Shown here piece after piece: positions 9,617-20,246 of a stretch of DNA of 64,000 nt. The notes beneath the pieces were generated by a model that saw nothing but the letters and a program-made list of their open reading frames with translations, did no database searches and had not been told where the DNA came from. A program made the position numbers and the translations under genes. The DNA lies in contig CAXXVS010000003.1 in assembly GCA_963674755.2 (NCBI GenBank), positions 224,001 to 288,000 of the forward strand, read 5' to 3'. Position 1 is the stretch's first letter, and each line of letters starts with the position of its first letter. This DNA is from Desulfobacterales bacterium (GTDB taxonomy: Bacteria; Desulfobacterota; Desulfobacteria; Desulfobacterales; UBA5852).

Positions 9617-12136
9617 TTAAAAGCCGACCGGGACTTCCACCGCAATACCTAATTCCGTGGCTACGGGTGTATAAAGGTCCACGGTTTCCTCTGGGGTGGT
9701 GATGGACACCACCAAGCTGTACCGGGTACGGCTGGCCCACTTTCCCAAATGCGCACGCTCCCGCCACCAGCCGATGACGGGATAGATTCCAATCACATTG
9801 GATTCTGCCAGATCAGCAGCGGACCCCTCCCAAATGTCGGAGTGGATCGAACCTCTGTTTCTACCGGTCGGTCCGATGACCCAATTTTTCGAAGTGGCAT
9901 GGGAAGATCCATCCTCATCGCTTTCCTGCTGTGCAGCTGCGTTGATACTCCGGAGGAATTCACCGCTGGTTTCGGTCGGAGCTTTAACCCTGAACCGCAG
10001 CCCGTAAGATGCATACCGGTACCGATCTTTCCAGCCGATCTCACCAGGGCCTGGTTCGATGAAATAGGAAAGCGTGACGCGCATCGACACCGGGGTTGTT
10101 GGATCAAGAGCAAGAAGCGCATCCTTTGGCCATGGCAGGTCGTAGAGGTGCATGTCCCTAGTCCGATAGCCGCTGCCCTTTTCCTTCCTATCAAACGGCT
10201 GCAGCTCGACCTCGGAGATGAGTGTGAGAGAGTTGGACGCGCTGAACAGGGCGGCGTTCAGGTCCGGGACCCCGTACCCGCAGATCCGCAACAGTTTGGC
10301 ATAGTCGGTCCTTCCAGTGCTGCCTTGGAGGAACTGCTCTTTCATGGTGTCCGTCCAGTTTGCCGAATGAACCATGAGCGCCCGAATCGTTTCCGGCCAT
10401 AGATTGGGATACCCGCTTTGCAGCTGGGCCGCGAACCATGCAGCCTGTGCAGCTGCTGCGCTTGTCATGTAGAATGGCCAGAAGTGGCTTTCTACTGGCC
10501 GGTAATACGTAGACAGAACAGAAAGGTCTTCTATCTCAGATGGAAAGTCACCCGGACCGCGGCCCAAATTCCCGCCTTCCATCACGATGTCGGGCTTATT
10601 CGGCCACTTGTTCTCCCAGATATTGGATGTCGTACTGTAAGGTGAGAGGCCTTCCCGTGGAGCAACCGGGGAATAGCCTGCGTATTCCTTAGATACGATT
10701 TGATCGTATTCTGTATAGGCACCGACCGTAAGAGCATTCCAGGATTGCCCAGGATCATGAATCGAGTCTGTCACCTGGGCTTCGGGATAGGTAATCGCAT
10801 CCGACAGGCTGGAAATGTTCCCCGCACTAAGAATGAACAACCTTCGCTTACTGTCATCATCATCAGAACCGGAAGCCAGTTGATCAATCTTGCCGGACCA
10901 GGAAGTGGGACGACCACGGTCTCGGTTGTCGGCTGCAGTAACCGGCATGCACAATGCCCGGCGTCTTTCGGGTCGAGAAATCTCCACGAGGTAGACTCCC
11001 TGGGCTGTGATGAAACCCCAAAGATCCGGATGATTCTCATTTGGCGGTGGTGGGAGGATCTTCGACGATTCAAGCCTATGCTGAACAATGACAGGTTCCC
11101 TTCCGGTCACACACGATTTCAGATTGCCATAGCACGCTACCCCGGCCATAAGTGTCCCGTGCTTGTCGTGATCTTCAACACCCCACGCGGGATCCACGGA
11201 ATGACAATCTTCATCTGCAAGCGCCGGCGCCAGAAGGGGGTGCCCGTTGTTTACCCCGGTATCCAGAAGGCAAACGGAAGTTTGAGCGTCCGGTTGAACA
11301 TACAGACGGCTCAAAAGATCCTCAACCCATTCGGCCTGGCCCGCGTTGTCCATTTCGGTTAGGAATGATGCTGTCGTTTTTGCAAGCCGGTATTCTGCGA
11401 TGTCATCCGACCGGGCGGAGAGTCTTTCCAGTTGTATTCTGGTGGCCCGAACCACTTTCACCGCACGCTCCGGGAACGATATGGTTCCTTTTCGGGATTC
11501 AATTCCTTCCTCTTCCAACAGCTTTTCGAATCGGGAAACAACCTCCTTGCTGTCGCTGCTCAGCCAAATCTCACACCACTCCGGTTCCTCTTTTGGGATG
11601 AGAGCCTTGTCATCGGTCCAGAATGATTCGACACGGAGCGCCTTCCGGATATCCCCGATGCTTTGAACCAGTTCCCACTGCGAGGGTTTTCCCGTTGGAG
11701 TCTCCTTCTCCGCGAAAGCCTCCAGCCGATCCAAAAAATAGTTTCTCATGTCGTTCGCAACAAATACAGTTGCAAAAGTGGTGACCTTGCCAACGGTCTC
11801 GCCAGTTACAGGATCTTCCGATTCCGAAACCTCGGTCCGCACGTTTAAAAGCCGCACTCTTCTGGTTCGAAACTCTTCGAGTTTACGAATCGAAAGGTCG
11901 AAATCGGGATCGCTCTGGAATTCGACATAAACACCGTGACGATCAGCATGAAACACGGCGCGTTCAGAGTTGGCCTTCTGCCATGCTTCTTCAAATTTTT
12001 TTATAAGGAATTGACTGTGATGCTGACGGTCTCTTGGAGGGATGCGGGGTTTGGCTCCCCGGGTTGGTCTTGTGGTGTAGGCTATTGCGGCAGGTGGACG
12101 CTCCAGGACGATGTGACGCCACTGTTCATGTGCCAT
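9617..12136 (-). CDS. S8 (subtilisin-like) peptidase, IetS type
   Basis: Catalytic triad LLDTG, HGTLMAG, MTSAA. Also WPETIRALMVHSA, GYGVP, VTLSYFIEP, YPVIGWW. No signal peptide, directly downstream of an AAA ATPase. Confidence 0.9.
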   Translation of the reverse strand: MAHEQWRHIVLERPPAAIAYTTRPTRGAKPRIPPRDRQHHSQFLIKKFEEAWQKANSERAVFHADRHGVYVEFQSDPDFDLSIRKLEEFRTRRVRLLNVRTEVSESEDPVTGETVGKVTTFATVFVANDMRNYFLDRLEAFAEKETPTGKPSQWELVQSIGDIRKALRVESFWTDDKALIPKEEPEWCEIWLSSDSKEVVSRFEKLLEEEGIESRKGTISFPERAVKVVRATRIQLERLSARSDDIAEYRLAKTTASFLTEMDNAGQAEWVEDLLSRLYVQPDAQTSVCLLDTGVNNGHPLLAPALADEDCHSVDPAWGVEDHDKHGTLMAGVACYGNLKSCVTGREPVIVQHRLESSKILPPPPNENHPDLWGFITAQGVYLVEISRPERRRALCMPVTAADNRDRGRPTSWSGKIDQLASGSDDDDSKRRLFILSAGNISSLSDAITYPEAQVTDSIHDPGQSWNALTVGAYTEYDQIVSKEYAGYSPVAPREGLSPYSTTSNIWENKWPNKPDIVMEGGNLGRGPGDFPSEIEDLSVLSTYYRPVESHFWPFYMTSAAAAQAAWFAAQLQSGYPNLWPETIRALMVHSANWTDTMKEQFLQGSTGRTDYAKLLRICGYGVPDLNAALFSASNSLTLISEVELQPFDRKEKGSGYRTRDMHLYDLPWPKDALLALDPTTPVSMRVTLSYFIEPGPGEIGWKDRYRYASYGLRFRVKAPTETSGEFLRSINAAAQQESDEDGSSHATSKNWVIGPTGRNRGSIHSDIWEGSAADLAESNVIGIYPVIGWWRERAHLGKWASRTRYSLVVSITTPEETVDLYTPVATELGIAVEVPVGF

Positions 12137-12151
12137 CGATTCCTCTCTCGG

Positions 12152-13117
12152 TTATCTGATGCGGTATGCTGCATGTCGTTCCTGCAAGAGCGTGTGGAAT
12201 GCTGTGAATGAGACGCTGCTTTTGTTGCCAAGGATGCACAGCTTGATCGCATCCCTGCAAGTGGTGTCGATCTCAGAATGGCTTAGTCCCTCCCCCTGCT
12301 GGGCAGCTTTCTCCAAGGGGAATCGCTTGCCGAGGAAAGTTCCCAATAGATTCGCTATTAGCCGCTTTCGCTGGTCTATATCCGGCATTTGGTAGTGGAG
12401 GATGTCATCGAAACGCCGGAAAAGAGCCCGGTCCAGTAACCGTGGATTGTTTGTGGCAGCGATGATGAGGTTGTCGGAGGGGTCGTTTTCGATGAATTGT
12501 AGAAAGGCGTTGAGCACTCGGCGCATCTCTCCAACGTCGTTGCCGAGATCACGCTCTCCTCCGATGGCGTCAAATTCATCAAAAAAATACACGCCCGGGG
12601 CGATTCGGATCCGGTCAAAGATCTGTCGGAGCTTGGCACCGGTTTCCCCCATGAACTTCGTCACCAGCCGATCCATCTGGATGATGTGCAGGGGCTGCTT
12701 GAGCTCGGAGGCCAGCACCTGGGCGGTCATAGTCTTGCCGGTTCCCGGAGGGCCGGACAACATCACCTTCCTGCGATGGGATAGGCCGTGCTTTTTCAAC
12801 CGGCCTTGCTGCCGGAACTCGGTAATAATCCGATCGATACGCTGTTTCAGATCGTCATGCACCACCAGGGACGCCAGCGGTCGGGAGGGCTCCTCCGATA
12901 GGATCAGTCCCGCCATGTCCTGGGGAAAGGCCAAAACCTTGGGGGATGTCGACCGACTCCGGGCCTTGTCCACCAGGTCCCGGATCTCGTACGCCAATCC
13001 ACTGTGGCCCTGTCTCGCTTCATGGGCCGCAATCTGCAATGCGGAAGCGTAGAACTGCTCAGTGTTATCATTCAGGTGTGACCGAATCAGGGACTTGATC
13101 TGTTCCGCTGTGGCCAT
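12152..13117 (-). CDS. AAA+ ATPase, IetA type
   Basis: Walker A GPPGTGKT, Walker B FFDEFDAIG, DVGEMRRVLN, AATN, LDRALFRRFD. Start at MATAEQIKSL. Confidence 0.92.
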   Translation of the reverse strand: MATAEQIKSLIRSHLNDNTEQFYASALQIAAHEARQGHSGLAYEIRDLVDKARSRSTSPKVLAFPQDMAGLILSEEPSRPLASLVVHDDLKQRIDRIITEFRQQGRLKKHGLSHRRKVMLSGPPGTGKTMTAQVLASELKQPLHIIQMDRLVTKFMGETGAKLRQIFDRIRIAPGVYFFDEFDAIGGERDLGNDVGEMRRVLNAFLQFIENDPSDNLIIAATNNPRLLDRALFRRFDDILHYQMPDIDQRKRLIANLLGTFLGKRFPLEKAAQQGEGLSHSEIDTTCRDAIKLCILGNKSSVSFTAFHTLLQERHAAYRIR

Positions 13118-13385
13118 GACGATACCTCGGATGTGCTGTTTCCCTTGCCGGTTCAGTAAGGGCAGATGAGTAGCTCTGATCTTACACAGAGCCCCTCTCC
13201 TTGTCAAAACCTCCAAGAGGTCTTCACCGTATCAGCCTCCCGCTTCCCACAACTAAAAGTGAAAGGCAAGGTAGGGAACGTCTATGTTATCATGTTTTTT
13301 AACCGAGGGTGAATTTCTCGTCGGTCATATACCCACTATGTCAGCATCTGGAGGGATAGAGGTGACATTCCATATTCCCCTGAGT

Positions 13386-15683
13386 TTATCTACGCTCGTC
13401 TGCGCTATCGTTCCCCCAGGCCCAATCCTTCCTCACTTCCTCGACTTGCGCGAGGGTAGATGCCGCCAGCATCTGCCGGGCATACGCTTCCGCCCGGGTT
13501 ACCGACATGGCGCGGATGGTTTTTTGCAGGACGGGCAGAAATTGGGGATCCACGCTTAGCCGCCGGATGCCGATGCCGATCAAGAACGGAACGAAATCCT
13601 TCTGGTGGGCTACTTCACCGCATACGGAGACCGGGACCTGGCTGTCCGTCGCCCTTTGAATGATGCGGGCCAAGGCGCGCAGGACGGAGGGATGGTAGGG
13701 TTGGTAATAGGCCGCAACATGTTTGTTCGTGCGGTCGGCCGCCAGCATGTACTGGGTGAAATCATTGGTGCCGATGGAGAGGAAATCGGCTTCCCGGGCC
13801 AGCTCGTCGATGATCTCGACCAGGGCAGGCAATTCGATCATGGCGCCCAGCTGTGGTTCGCCATGGTGCGGCAGTTTTTCTTCGTTCAGCGCTGCCATGG
13901 CTTGCCGGACGGTCTGTCGCGCGGTCCTGAATTCATCGATGGAGGAAATCATGGGAAACATGATGCCCAATGACGGGGAGCGCGCCCCGGCCCGCAAAAT
14001 GGCCCGGATCTGCTGATCGAAGATGTCGCGGTAGCGCAGGGAGAATCGGATGGAGCGCAATCCCAGTTCCGGGTTGTCTTCCTGGAGCGTATCGAGATAG
14101 GGAAGCACTTTGTCGCCGCCCACATCCAACGTTCTGATCCAGACCGGGCGCTTGTCCATCTTATTGAACAGCTGCTCATAGACCAGCCGCTGTTCTTCTT
14201 CCGAGGGCAAACCGGCGCGAACGATAAACGGAAATTCCGACCGATAAAGTCCGATGCCCTCGGCTTTGAGCTCCCGGGCCAGGTCCAGCTCGCTCAACAA
14301 ATTGATATTGGCCATCAGGTGGATGCGCACCTTGTCCCGGGTCAGGGTTTCGGGGGCCATTTTTACCCCGGGGCCGGAGGTTTTGCGGAGGGCCCGGTTG
14401 CGCTGGTCATACTGTCGGCAGACATCCCGGGAGGGATCGACATAGAATGTTCCGACATCGGCATCCATGAGCACAGGGGTATCATAGGGGATCTTCAATA
14501 AATCAGGATACAGGGCGATGATGGTGGGTATCTTCAGGGACCGGGCAATGATGGTGACATGGGAGGTGACGCCGCCGCCGGCCAGAATGATGCCGGCCAC
14601 CGACTCGGAGGCCAGTTTAAGGATGTCCGAGGGATAAAGCTGATTGGCGATGACAATGCGGCCCTCCATGGGGCTCTGCCCGGTCATCGTGTGCTTGCGC
14701 AGGTTGAACAGCAGCCGCCGCACCAGATCTTCGATATCTTTTGATTTCTCCCGGATATAGGCGTTGGGACTTCTTTCGAACAGGTCGATAAAATGGCGGG
14801 CCACACGGCGAATCGCCGCCGGTGCGGACAGCCCGTCGCTTATGAGCTGCGCTATTTGTTGAACGAACCGGGGATCTTTCAGAATCATGTGGTGGGCTTC
14901 GAAGATCAACACCGCGCTTTCCGGCAGCCGGCGGACCATTTCCTCCTGGAGCTGGGTGAGTTGATCGACGGTTTTGGCCATGGCGTCCTGAAAATGCCCT
15001 AGCCCGGCATTGAATTGATCGTCGGCAACATCCTCCATCAGGGGATCGGACGAATGCATGGTCATCGCCGGTGCCAGGGCAAACCCATTGACCGCGGCTT
15101 CGCCCTTAAACATTTGCATGCCGACTGGCATGGCTGGCGCGTCGGCCATGGTGGCCGAAGGGGTGAGGGACATCATCAGGCGCGCGTGGGCAATGGTGCC
15201 GGCCAATTGGGCGGCGATGGCTTTGAGCGCCATCACATCCGCCGGGGTGAAAAAATCGGCGTCGGTGTGCTGGACAACCAGAACGCCTGTTTTTTCAGCG
15301 CCGTAACTGATGGGAACCGACAGGAATGATTTGAAGCGTTCCTCCATCGAGCTTTCAAAATATTTGAAGCGCGGATTATGGCAGGCGTCGCCGTCGCAAA
15401 CCGGGGCCATCTGTTCGAGGGTCCAGCCGACCAATCCCTCGCCGATTTCCATCCGCACCCGCTCCACAGAATCGGGGTGCAGCCCCACCGTGGCTTTGAG
15501 TACCAGGATGCCCGAGTCGGCTTCCAAAAGGTAGATCGATCCCACATCGGCGTGCAAGTGCAAGGCCACGAGGTGGACGGCCTGTTGCAGGAAGTTGTCG
15601 ATGTCTTTGCTTTCCGACATCAGGTTGGACAATTCGCCGATGTCGCAAATCAAGCTCAGGTGCTCCGTTTTGGCTTTCTCCAT
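13386..15683 (-). CDS. ptsP: Phosphoenolpyruvate-protein phosphotransferase with N-terminal GAF (EI-Ntr)
   Basis: GAF domain, phospho-His motif GGVTSH, EGIGLYRSEF, RTLDVGGDK, NPELGLRSIR, SIGTNDFTQY. Confidence 0.93.
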   Translation of the reverse strand: MEKAKTEHLSLICDIGELSNLMSESKDIDNFLQQAVHLVALHLHADVGSIYLLEADSGILVLKATVGLHPDSVERVRMEIGEGLVGWTLEQMAPVCDGDACHNPRFKYFESSMEERFKSFLSVPISYGAEKTGVLVVQHTDADFFTPADVMALKAIAAQLAGTIAHARLMMSLTPSATMADAPAMPVGMQMFKGEAAVNGFALAPAMTMHSSDPLMEDVADDQFNAGLGHFQDAMAKTVDQLTQLQEEMVRRLPESAVLIFEAHHMILKDPRFVQQIAQLISDGLSAPAAIRRVARHFIDLFERSPNAYIREKSKDIEDLVRRLLFNLRKHTMTGQSPMEGRIVIANQLYPSDILKLASESVAGIILAGGGVTSHVTIIARSLKIPTIIALYPDLLKIPYDTPVLMDADVGTFYVDPSRDVCRQYDQRNRALRKTSGPGVKMAPETLTRDKVRIHLMANINLLSELDLARELKAEGIGLYRSEFPFIVRAGLPSEEEQRLVYEQLFNKMDKRPVWIRTLDVGGDKVLPYLDTLQEDNPELGLRSIRFSLRYRDIFDQQIRAILRAGARSPSLGIMFPMISSIDEFRTARQTVRQAMAALNEEKLPHHGEPQLGAMIELPALVEIIDELAREADFLSIGTNDFTQYMLAADRTNKHVAAYYQPYHPSVLRALARIIQRATDSQVPVSVCGEVAHQKDFVPFLIGIGIRRLSVDPQFLPVLQKTIRAMSVTRAEAYARQMLAASTLAQVEEVRKDWAWGNDSADERR

Positions 15684-16016
15684 GAAACAGCTCTTTCTAT
15701 GGATAACCGCCCTTGAGGACGGCAATCAAGGAACGGCTTAGGGACGTCTTTGTCGGGTTTTCCGGTCTGACCAAGCTAAAATGAACTCCATGACTAATCG
15801 ACTTGAAAATTTCCGTCAAGGTACTCCGATAACCCTCTTTTAGGGTCCAAAATCACGGTGGATGCAGCCCCCGCCGCGGCCCGGGCGAAAGATAAGCATC
15901 AAGCCACGGCGGGCGGTGGCCCAATTCCCAAAGGCCAACCCTAAAATCTTTCCGATCGCGAACGGGCCAAAACGGCACCCGCTTGTCAGATGAACCATTA
16001 GGTGTAAAATAAACGC

Positions 16017-16130
16017 ATGCCAAAATGGTTTCTTTTACCCGGTATGGGCGCAACACCGGCCATGTACGATGCGTTGCGCTCCGTGATTGATTTTGAGGTC
16101 AACTTCCCCGATTGGCCGGTGACCCCATGA
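16017..16130 (+). pseudogene. N-terminal fragment of an alpha/beta hydrolase (37 aa)
   Basis: MPKWFLLPGMGATPAMYDALRSVIDFEVNFPDWP resembles the first strand and oxyanion loop of an alpha/beta hydrolase, then stops. Confidence 0.5.
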
Positions 16131-16204
16131 TTTTATGCCTATCTGGAATCAGTAAATACCAGTGAAAAAAACACGCAGGCACCTTAAACGAAGGGAGCAT
16201 CCGA

Positions 16205-17971
16205 ATGGTTCGGCAATTTGCGAAAACGATGATAGGATTTTTGCTGCTTGTGCTGGTTTTTCCCGTCGCAGGGGGTGCGGATGTTCTTGAATACGAATTG
16301 TCCTGGACAGGGAAGAACGGATACCAGGTAAGGGGCTCCTTCGCTTTCGACAACGCCAAAAACTATGGGTATATCATTGACGAGACGGAACTGAAGGCCT
16401 TTCAGGTCACGGCTTACACCCCCGAGGGCAAAGCGTTAAAAACCTATACGCTCAAAAACCAGAACCGGTTTAACTTCAATTTCGACATTCGCACCGAGAC
16501 CATTCTTCAGGAGCGCAAAGCATCGCGATCCGCGGAGAGCGGCATCAGCATCGGCGAAATCGCAAAGGGAGATTCGGGACAGCTCATAATCGAAGATCCT
16601 GGAATGTATGTGTTCACCGGTTTCGTCGGCTGCGGAGGCGCTTTTCCCCGATCGGAAGGCCCCGAGCTGCTGGTGACAAACGGATCCTGCAAGGGGTATG
16701 CGCTTGATTACGGGGGCACCAAAATCACTGCGAAACTGATCAACATCTTGTCCTGGCAAGCTCCGGAACTTTCGTCCTTGCCTCCGGCCGAACTTCAGGA
16801 AAAGACCATGGCGATCGACCAAAAAATGAACAACCAATACACGGCACTGGAATCACAACTGAATAAAGATCTCTTTGCCCAACTCCAAAAAGCGCAGCGG
16901 CAGTGGATCGCCTACCGGGATCAGGTGTGCGGATTCGAAAAACAACTCTCGGTGAAAAACCCAAACTGGGTGGTGCAACAGACCGAAGGGGATCAAAGCC
17001 TGGCCTGTCTCTACCGGCTAACGCAGCAGCGGCTGCAGGATTTCGAACACTATCGGCGGACAATCAAAAACAAGCCTGAGCGTGTTCCTGAGACAGTCGG
17101 CGACATCCGGTTAGAAAATTGTAGATTCATTAATGTACCGGACGATGTGAAAGTCTATGGCATCGGCACTTACAGCGGCCTTGTCCCGTCGGATTACCAG
17201 CTAGGCGACAGCGGGCACACGGTAAAAGAGATCGAAGTCATCGTAAACAAGCCGAATGAAGCGCTGATCCTGGTGTTAATGGCCTATGATCCGGTCATCT
17301 GGAAGGTGAAACAGACGCCCCAAAGCCATATTCTCGGCGTGATCGTCGCTGGATACCATTCCCAGGCCCTTCTGGGCGTCACGAAAAAAACGCCGCGGTT
17401 GTTCGCGGTTAACGAAGAAAAAACCGCATGCAAATACTTTTACGCCTACAAGGCAGGCAATAAACTCGACAAGGCGATCCAACGAATCCGGGAAATCACG
17501 GGCGCTGAGCTGACCGAGCTGGTCACATCGCCTCACAATCAAAAATTTTATATCGGCGCCTATGAAACGATCGACCCGGCTTCTCTGCGTTACGGGACAG
17601 AGTTGACCATGGAGGACTATTCGGTAACCGGCCGCTTTCCTCCCGGTGAGAAAGGGCTCGACCTTCTGGTCAAACAGAACAAGATCCGGCCGGCCAACCA
17701 GGAGGACATTTTCCGCTGGGTCGAAAAGGCAAGCGCAAAATATCAAAAATATAACCCGGGCCTGAAGGTCGAACATCACATGTATCCGGAGAGAACATAC
17801 GTGGTGCTGGCGGATTTTGAGCTGCCCACCGGCCTCTACGGCGCAAATTCGCGATCCTTCATTATCCCCGAGGGCCGAAACATGCCTACGGGTCCCAGGG
17901 GCCACAATACCTTTTACTTTGTCGAAGACGGCCGATGCGTCGGCGCCGCACCGGAGTGCCGGAATCGCTGA
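16205..17971 (+). CDS. Secreted multidomain protein with a central LprI (DUF1311) lysozyme-inhibitor-like domain
   Basis: Signal peptide. DQKMNNQY...LQKAQRQWIAYRDQVC...CLYRLTQQR matches the LprI pattern. GGGAG RBS. Confidence 0.75.
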   Translation: MVRQFAKTMIGFLLLVLVFPVAGGADVLEYELSWTGKNGYQVRGSFAFDNAKNYGYIIDETELKAFQVTAYTPEGKALKTYTLKNQNRFNFNFDIRTETILQERKASRSAESGISIGEIAKGDSGQLIIEDPGMYVFTGFVGCGGAFPRSEGPELLVTNGSCKGYALDYGGTKITAKLINILSWQAPELSSLPPAELQEKTMAIDQKMNNQYTALESQLNKDLFAQLQKAQRQWIAYRDQVCGFEKQLSVKNPNWVVQQTEGDQSLACLYRLTQQRLQDFEHYRRTIKNKPERVPETVGDIRLENCRFINVPDDVKVYGIGTYSGLVPSDYQLGDSGHTVKEIEVIVNKPNEALILVLMAYDPVIWKVKQTPQSHILGVIVAGYHSQALLGVTKKTPRLFAVNEEKTACKYFYAYKAGNKLDKAIQRIREITGAELTELVTSPHNQKFYIGAYETIDPASLRYGTELTMEDYSVTGRFPPGEKGLDLLVKQNKIRPANQEDIFRWVEKASAKYQKYNPGLKVEHHMYPERTYVVLADFELPTGLYGANSRSFIIPEGRNMPTGPRGHNTFYFVEDGRCVGAAPECRNR

Positions 17972-17993
17972 AAATCCCGGAAAGGACCCTGCC

Positions 17994-20156
17994 ATGGTCG
18001 AGCGAAAGGCCAGCAAAGGCACCGGCAAATCCACCCGCACCCTGCTGGTCGTTTTGCTGATCATCACGACCTTGAGTGCCGCCGTCTACGCGGTTTTGGA
18101 CCGTAAGCGCATCACGGCACAGCTTTCCAACACGGCCCTGGAAAACGGAAGGTTTGATCTGGCCGAGGCGCTATCGCGGTTGGGAGGCCATTCGGTCCGG
18201 ACGCGGCGGTTTCTGGAGAAAGCCATTGAGATTGACGATGCCGAACGGGTAATTCGTTATCTGGAGGCCGGCGCCGACCCGGATGGAATTGCCGCTGCCG
18301 GAAAGCCTATGGTCTACCTCGCAGCGGAAAACGGGGCCGAGGCAGCGCTGGAGGTCTTGGCCGCCCGGGGTGCGAATTTGGACTACCACCCCGAGAAACG
18401 GAACCTGCCCTTGCTGTTGATGGCCAATAGAGCAAAAAGCCGGCAGGCGTTTCGACTTTTGCTCAAGCATGGCAGCGACCCGAACGTGATCAGCGACTAC
18501 GGCTATCCCTTGGTGTACATCTGCCTGCGGCAGAAGCAGTACGCCTGGTTCGATCTTCTGGTCGCCCGAGGCGCTGATCTTTCCTATATCAGTCCGACAC
18601 GGCGCTCGCTGGCGGACGATGCGCTATGGACCGGTCATGAGGAGAGCATTGCGCTGCTGCTTGATAAGGGCATACCGGTGATGAAAACGAGGGGCGAAAG
18701 CAACGAATTGAACGAGGCCGCCAGGGTCGGAGACGTCAGGACATTTATCGAGCGGCTCGAAGCCGGCGACAGTCCCTATCTGAGAGATGGATACGACCTG
18801 AATGCCCTGGAGACGGCCATCTGGTCGCAATCCCCATCCTGTGTAAACGCCTTGCTTGAAGCCGGCGTGGATCCCAACGTGCCGTTCGGTGCGCCCCTCA
18901 GGGCGGCCGTAAAAAAAGGAAACCTGGCTTTGGTAAACCTGCTGCTGGAAAACGGCGCGCAGCCGGATGCCCGGGAAAAGACCGTCTACCGGACCGCCCT
19001 CCATGAAGCGGTGTGCCGGTCGCTTCCCATCGTGCAGACCCTGGTAGCGCATGGCGCCGATGTGAACGCTACGCATGCTTCGGATCACAAAACCCCGCTG
19101 TGGTGGGCGATCAACTGCGGAGAGGCGGAAACAAAAGCATTTTTGGAAACGCATGGCGGCCAATACAAGGTATATAAGGCCTGGTATCGAATGGGAACGC
19201 CTTTTGAAAGGGCGGCCGCCGACGGGGACATCAAAGAGATGGCCCGCATGCTGGCCGCCGGGCATTACATCAACGAGCGGGATGCCTTCGGGGATACGGC
19301 CTTTCACTATGCCGCCGCCGGAGGGAGCGTCGCCGCGATGCAGTTTCTGAAAGAACACGGAGGACTGCCGATGTTCCGGGGAGCCCTGACCCGTACGCCT
19401 CTTTTCTGGGCGGCTTTTCACGGCCGGATCGAGGCCTGCCGCTATCTGCTGAAAAACGGCTGCCGGTTGGTAGACCGGGACGCCTTCGGCGAAACGCCGC
19501 TGCATTTTGCGGCAAAGGGCAATCAGGTGGAAGCGGTGAAGCTCTTTATCGCGCTAGACGCGGATGTCGACGCCAATGTCGAAAAGGACTCGCCCCTCGC
19601 GGAAGCTGCCGGCGACAATGCCGCCGAAGCGGTGCGGCTGCTCATCGAGCACGGTGCGGCGGTAAACGCCCACGGCGGTTTCGGTCGAACAGCACTTCAT
19701 CGTGCCGTATTGCGAGGCGGCGCAGATGCGGTGGCGGTGTTGCTCGAGCTCGGTGGCGATATCCATGCCGGCGACAAGCAGGGCATCTCACCGCTGGATT
19801 TCGTGTCGGCGTATAGGGACCAGCAGGGAAACAGCGCGGTGTATGTTCAGATGATGGCGGCTTCCGGCAAGCCGGTGCGGCCCGGATTTGACTGCACAAG
19901 GGCCGCCACCACAGCGCAGCAGTTGATCTGCGCGGATATGGAGCTTGCCGAAATGAGTGCGGCTGCACACCGCGCCACGGCAGCGCTGGAAAACTCCGGC
20001 CGCCGGGCCGCAGAGCAGTATTTGGAGGCAGAGCGACAAAAGTGCGTCTTTTCCCCGTACCACTATCCAGAAGATAAGGCCTTTTACAAGGCTCTCGATT
20101 GCCTGAAAACGGTCTATCGGGACCACCTTCAGGAACTGAAACGGGTCGCCCCCTAG
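17994..20156 (+). CDS. Membrane-anchored ankyrin-repeat protein with C-terminal LprI-like domain
   Basis: N-terminal TM helix, many ankyrin repeats (GETPLHFAA, GRTALHRAV, LLENGAQPD), and C-terminal PGFDCTRA...QLICAD.EL. Confidence 0.88.
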   Translation: MVERKASKGTGKSTRTLLVVLLIITTLSAAVYAVLDRKRITAQLSNTALENGRFDLAEALSRLGGHSVRTRRFLEKAIEIDDAERVIRYLEAGADPDGIAAAGKPMVYLAAENGAEAALEVLAARGANLDYHPEKRNLPLLLMANRAKSRQAFRLLLKHGSDPNVISDYGYPLVYICLRQKQYAWFDLLVARGADLSYISPTRRSLADDALWTGHEESIALLLDKGIPVMKTRGESNELNEAARVGDVRTFIERLEAGDSPYLRDGYDLNALETAIWSQSPSCVNALLEAGVDPNVPFGAPLRAAVKKGNLALVNLLLENGAQPDAREKTVYRTALHEAVCRSLPIVQTLVAHGADVNATHASDHKTPLWWAINCGEAETKAFLETHGGQYKVYKAWYRMGTPFERAAADGDIKEMARMLAAGHYINERDAFGDTAFHYAAAGGSVAAMQFLKEHGGLPMFRGALTRTPLFWAAFHGRIEACRYLLKNGCRLVDRDAFGETPLHFAAKGNQVEAVKLFIALDADVDANVEKDSPLAEAAGDNAAEAVRLLIEHGAAVNAHGGFGRTALHRAVLRGGADAVAVLLELGGDIHAGDKQGISPLDFVSAYRDQQGNSAVYVQMMAASGKPVRPGFDCTRAATTAQQLICADMELAEMSAAAHRATAALENSGRRAAEQYLEAERQKCVFSPYHYPEDKAFYKALDCLKTVYRDHLQELKRVAP

Positions 20157-20246
20157 CCGATCTGTCATGGCGACCCCCTTGACACCGTTAAGAATCAAGG
20201 TTGGCGTATTCATCTTTTCTCCAGATAATTTTGTTGAGGAATTAAG

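Noticed and set aside
9589..15837. 12-bp inverted match (GAGGGTTATCGG at 9589 / CCGATAACCCTC at 15826) as ends of a mobile element
   Set aside because: It does not extend, many 12-mer matches are expected by chance in 64 kb, no transposase is present, and it would enclose the housekeeping gene ptsP.
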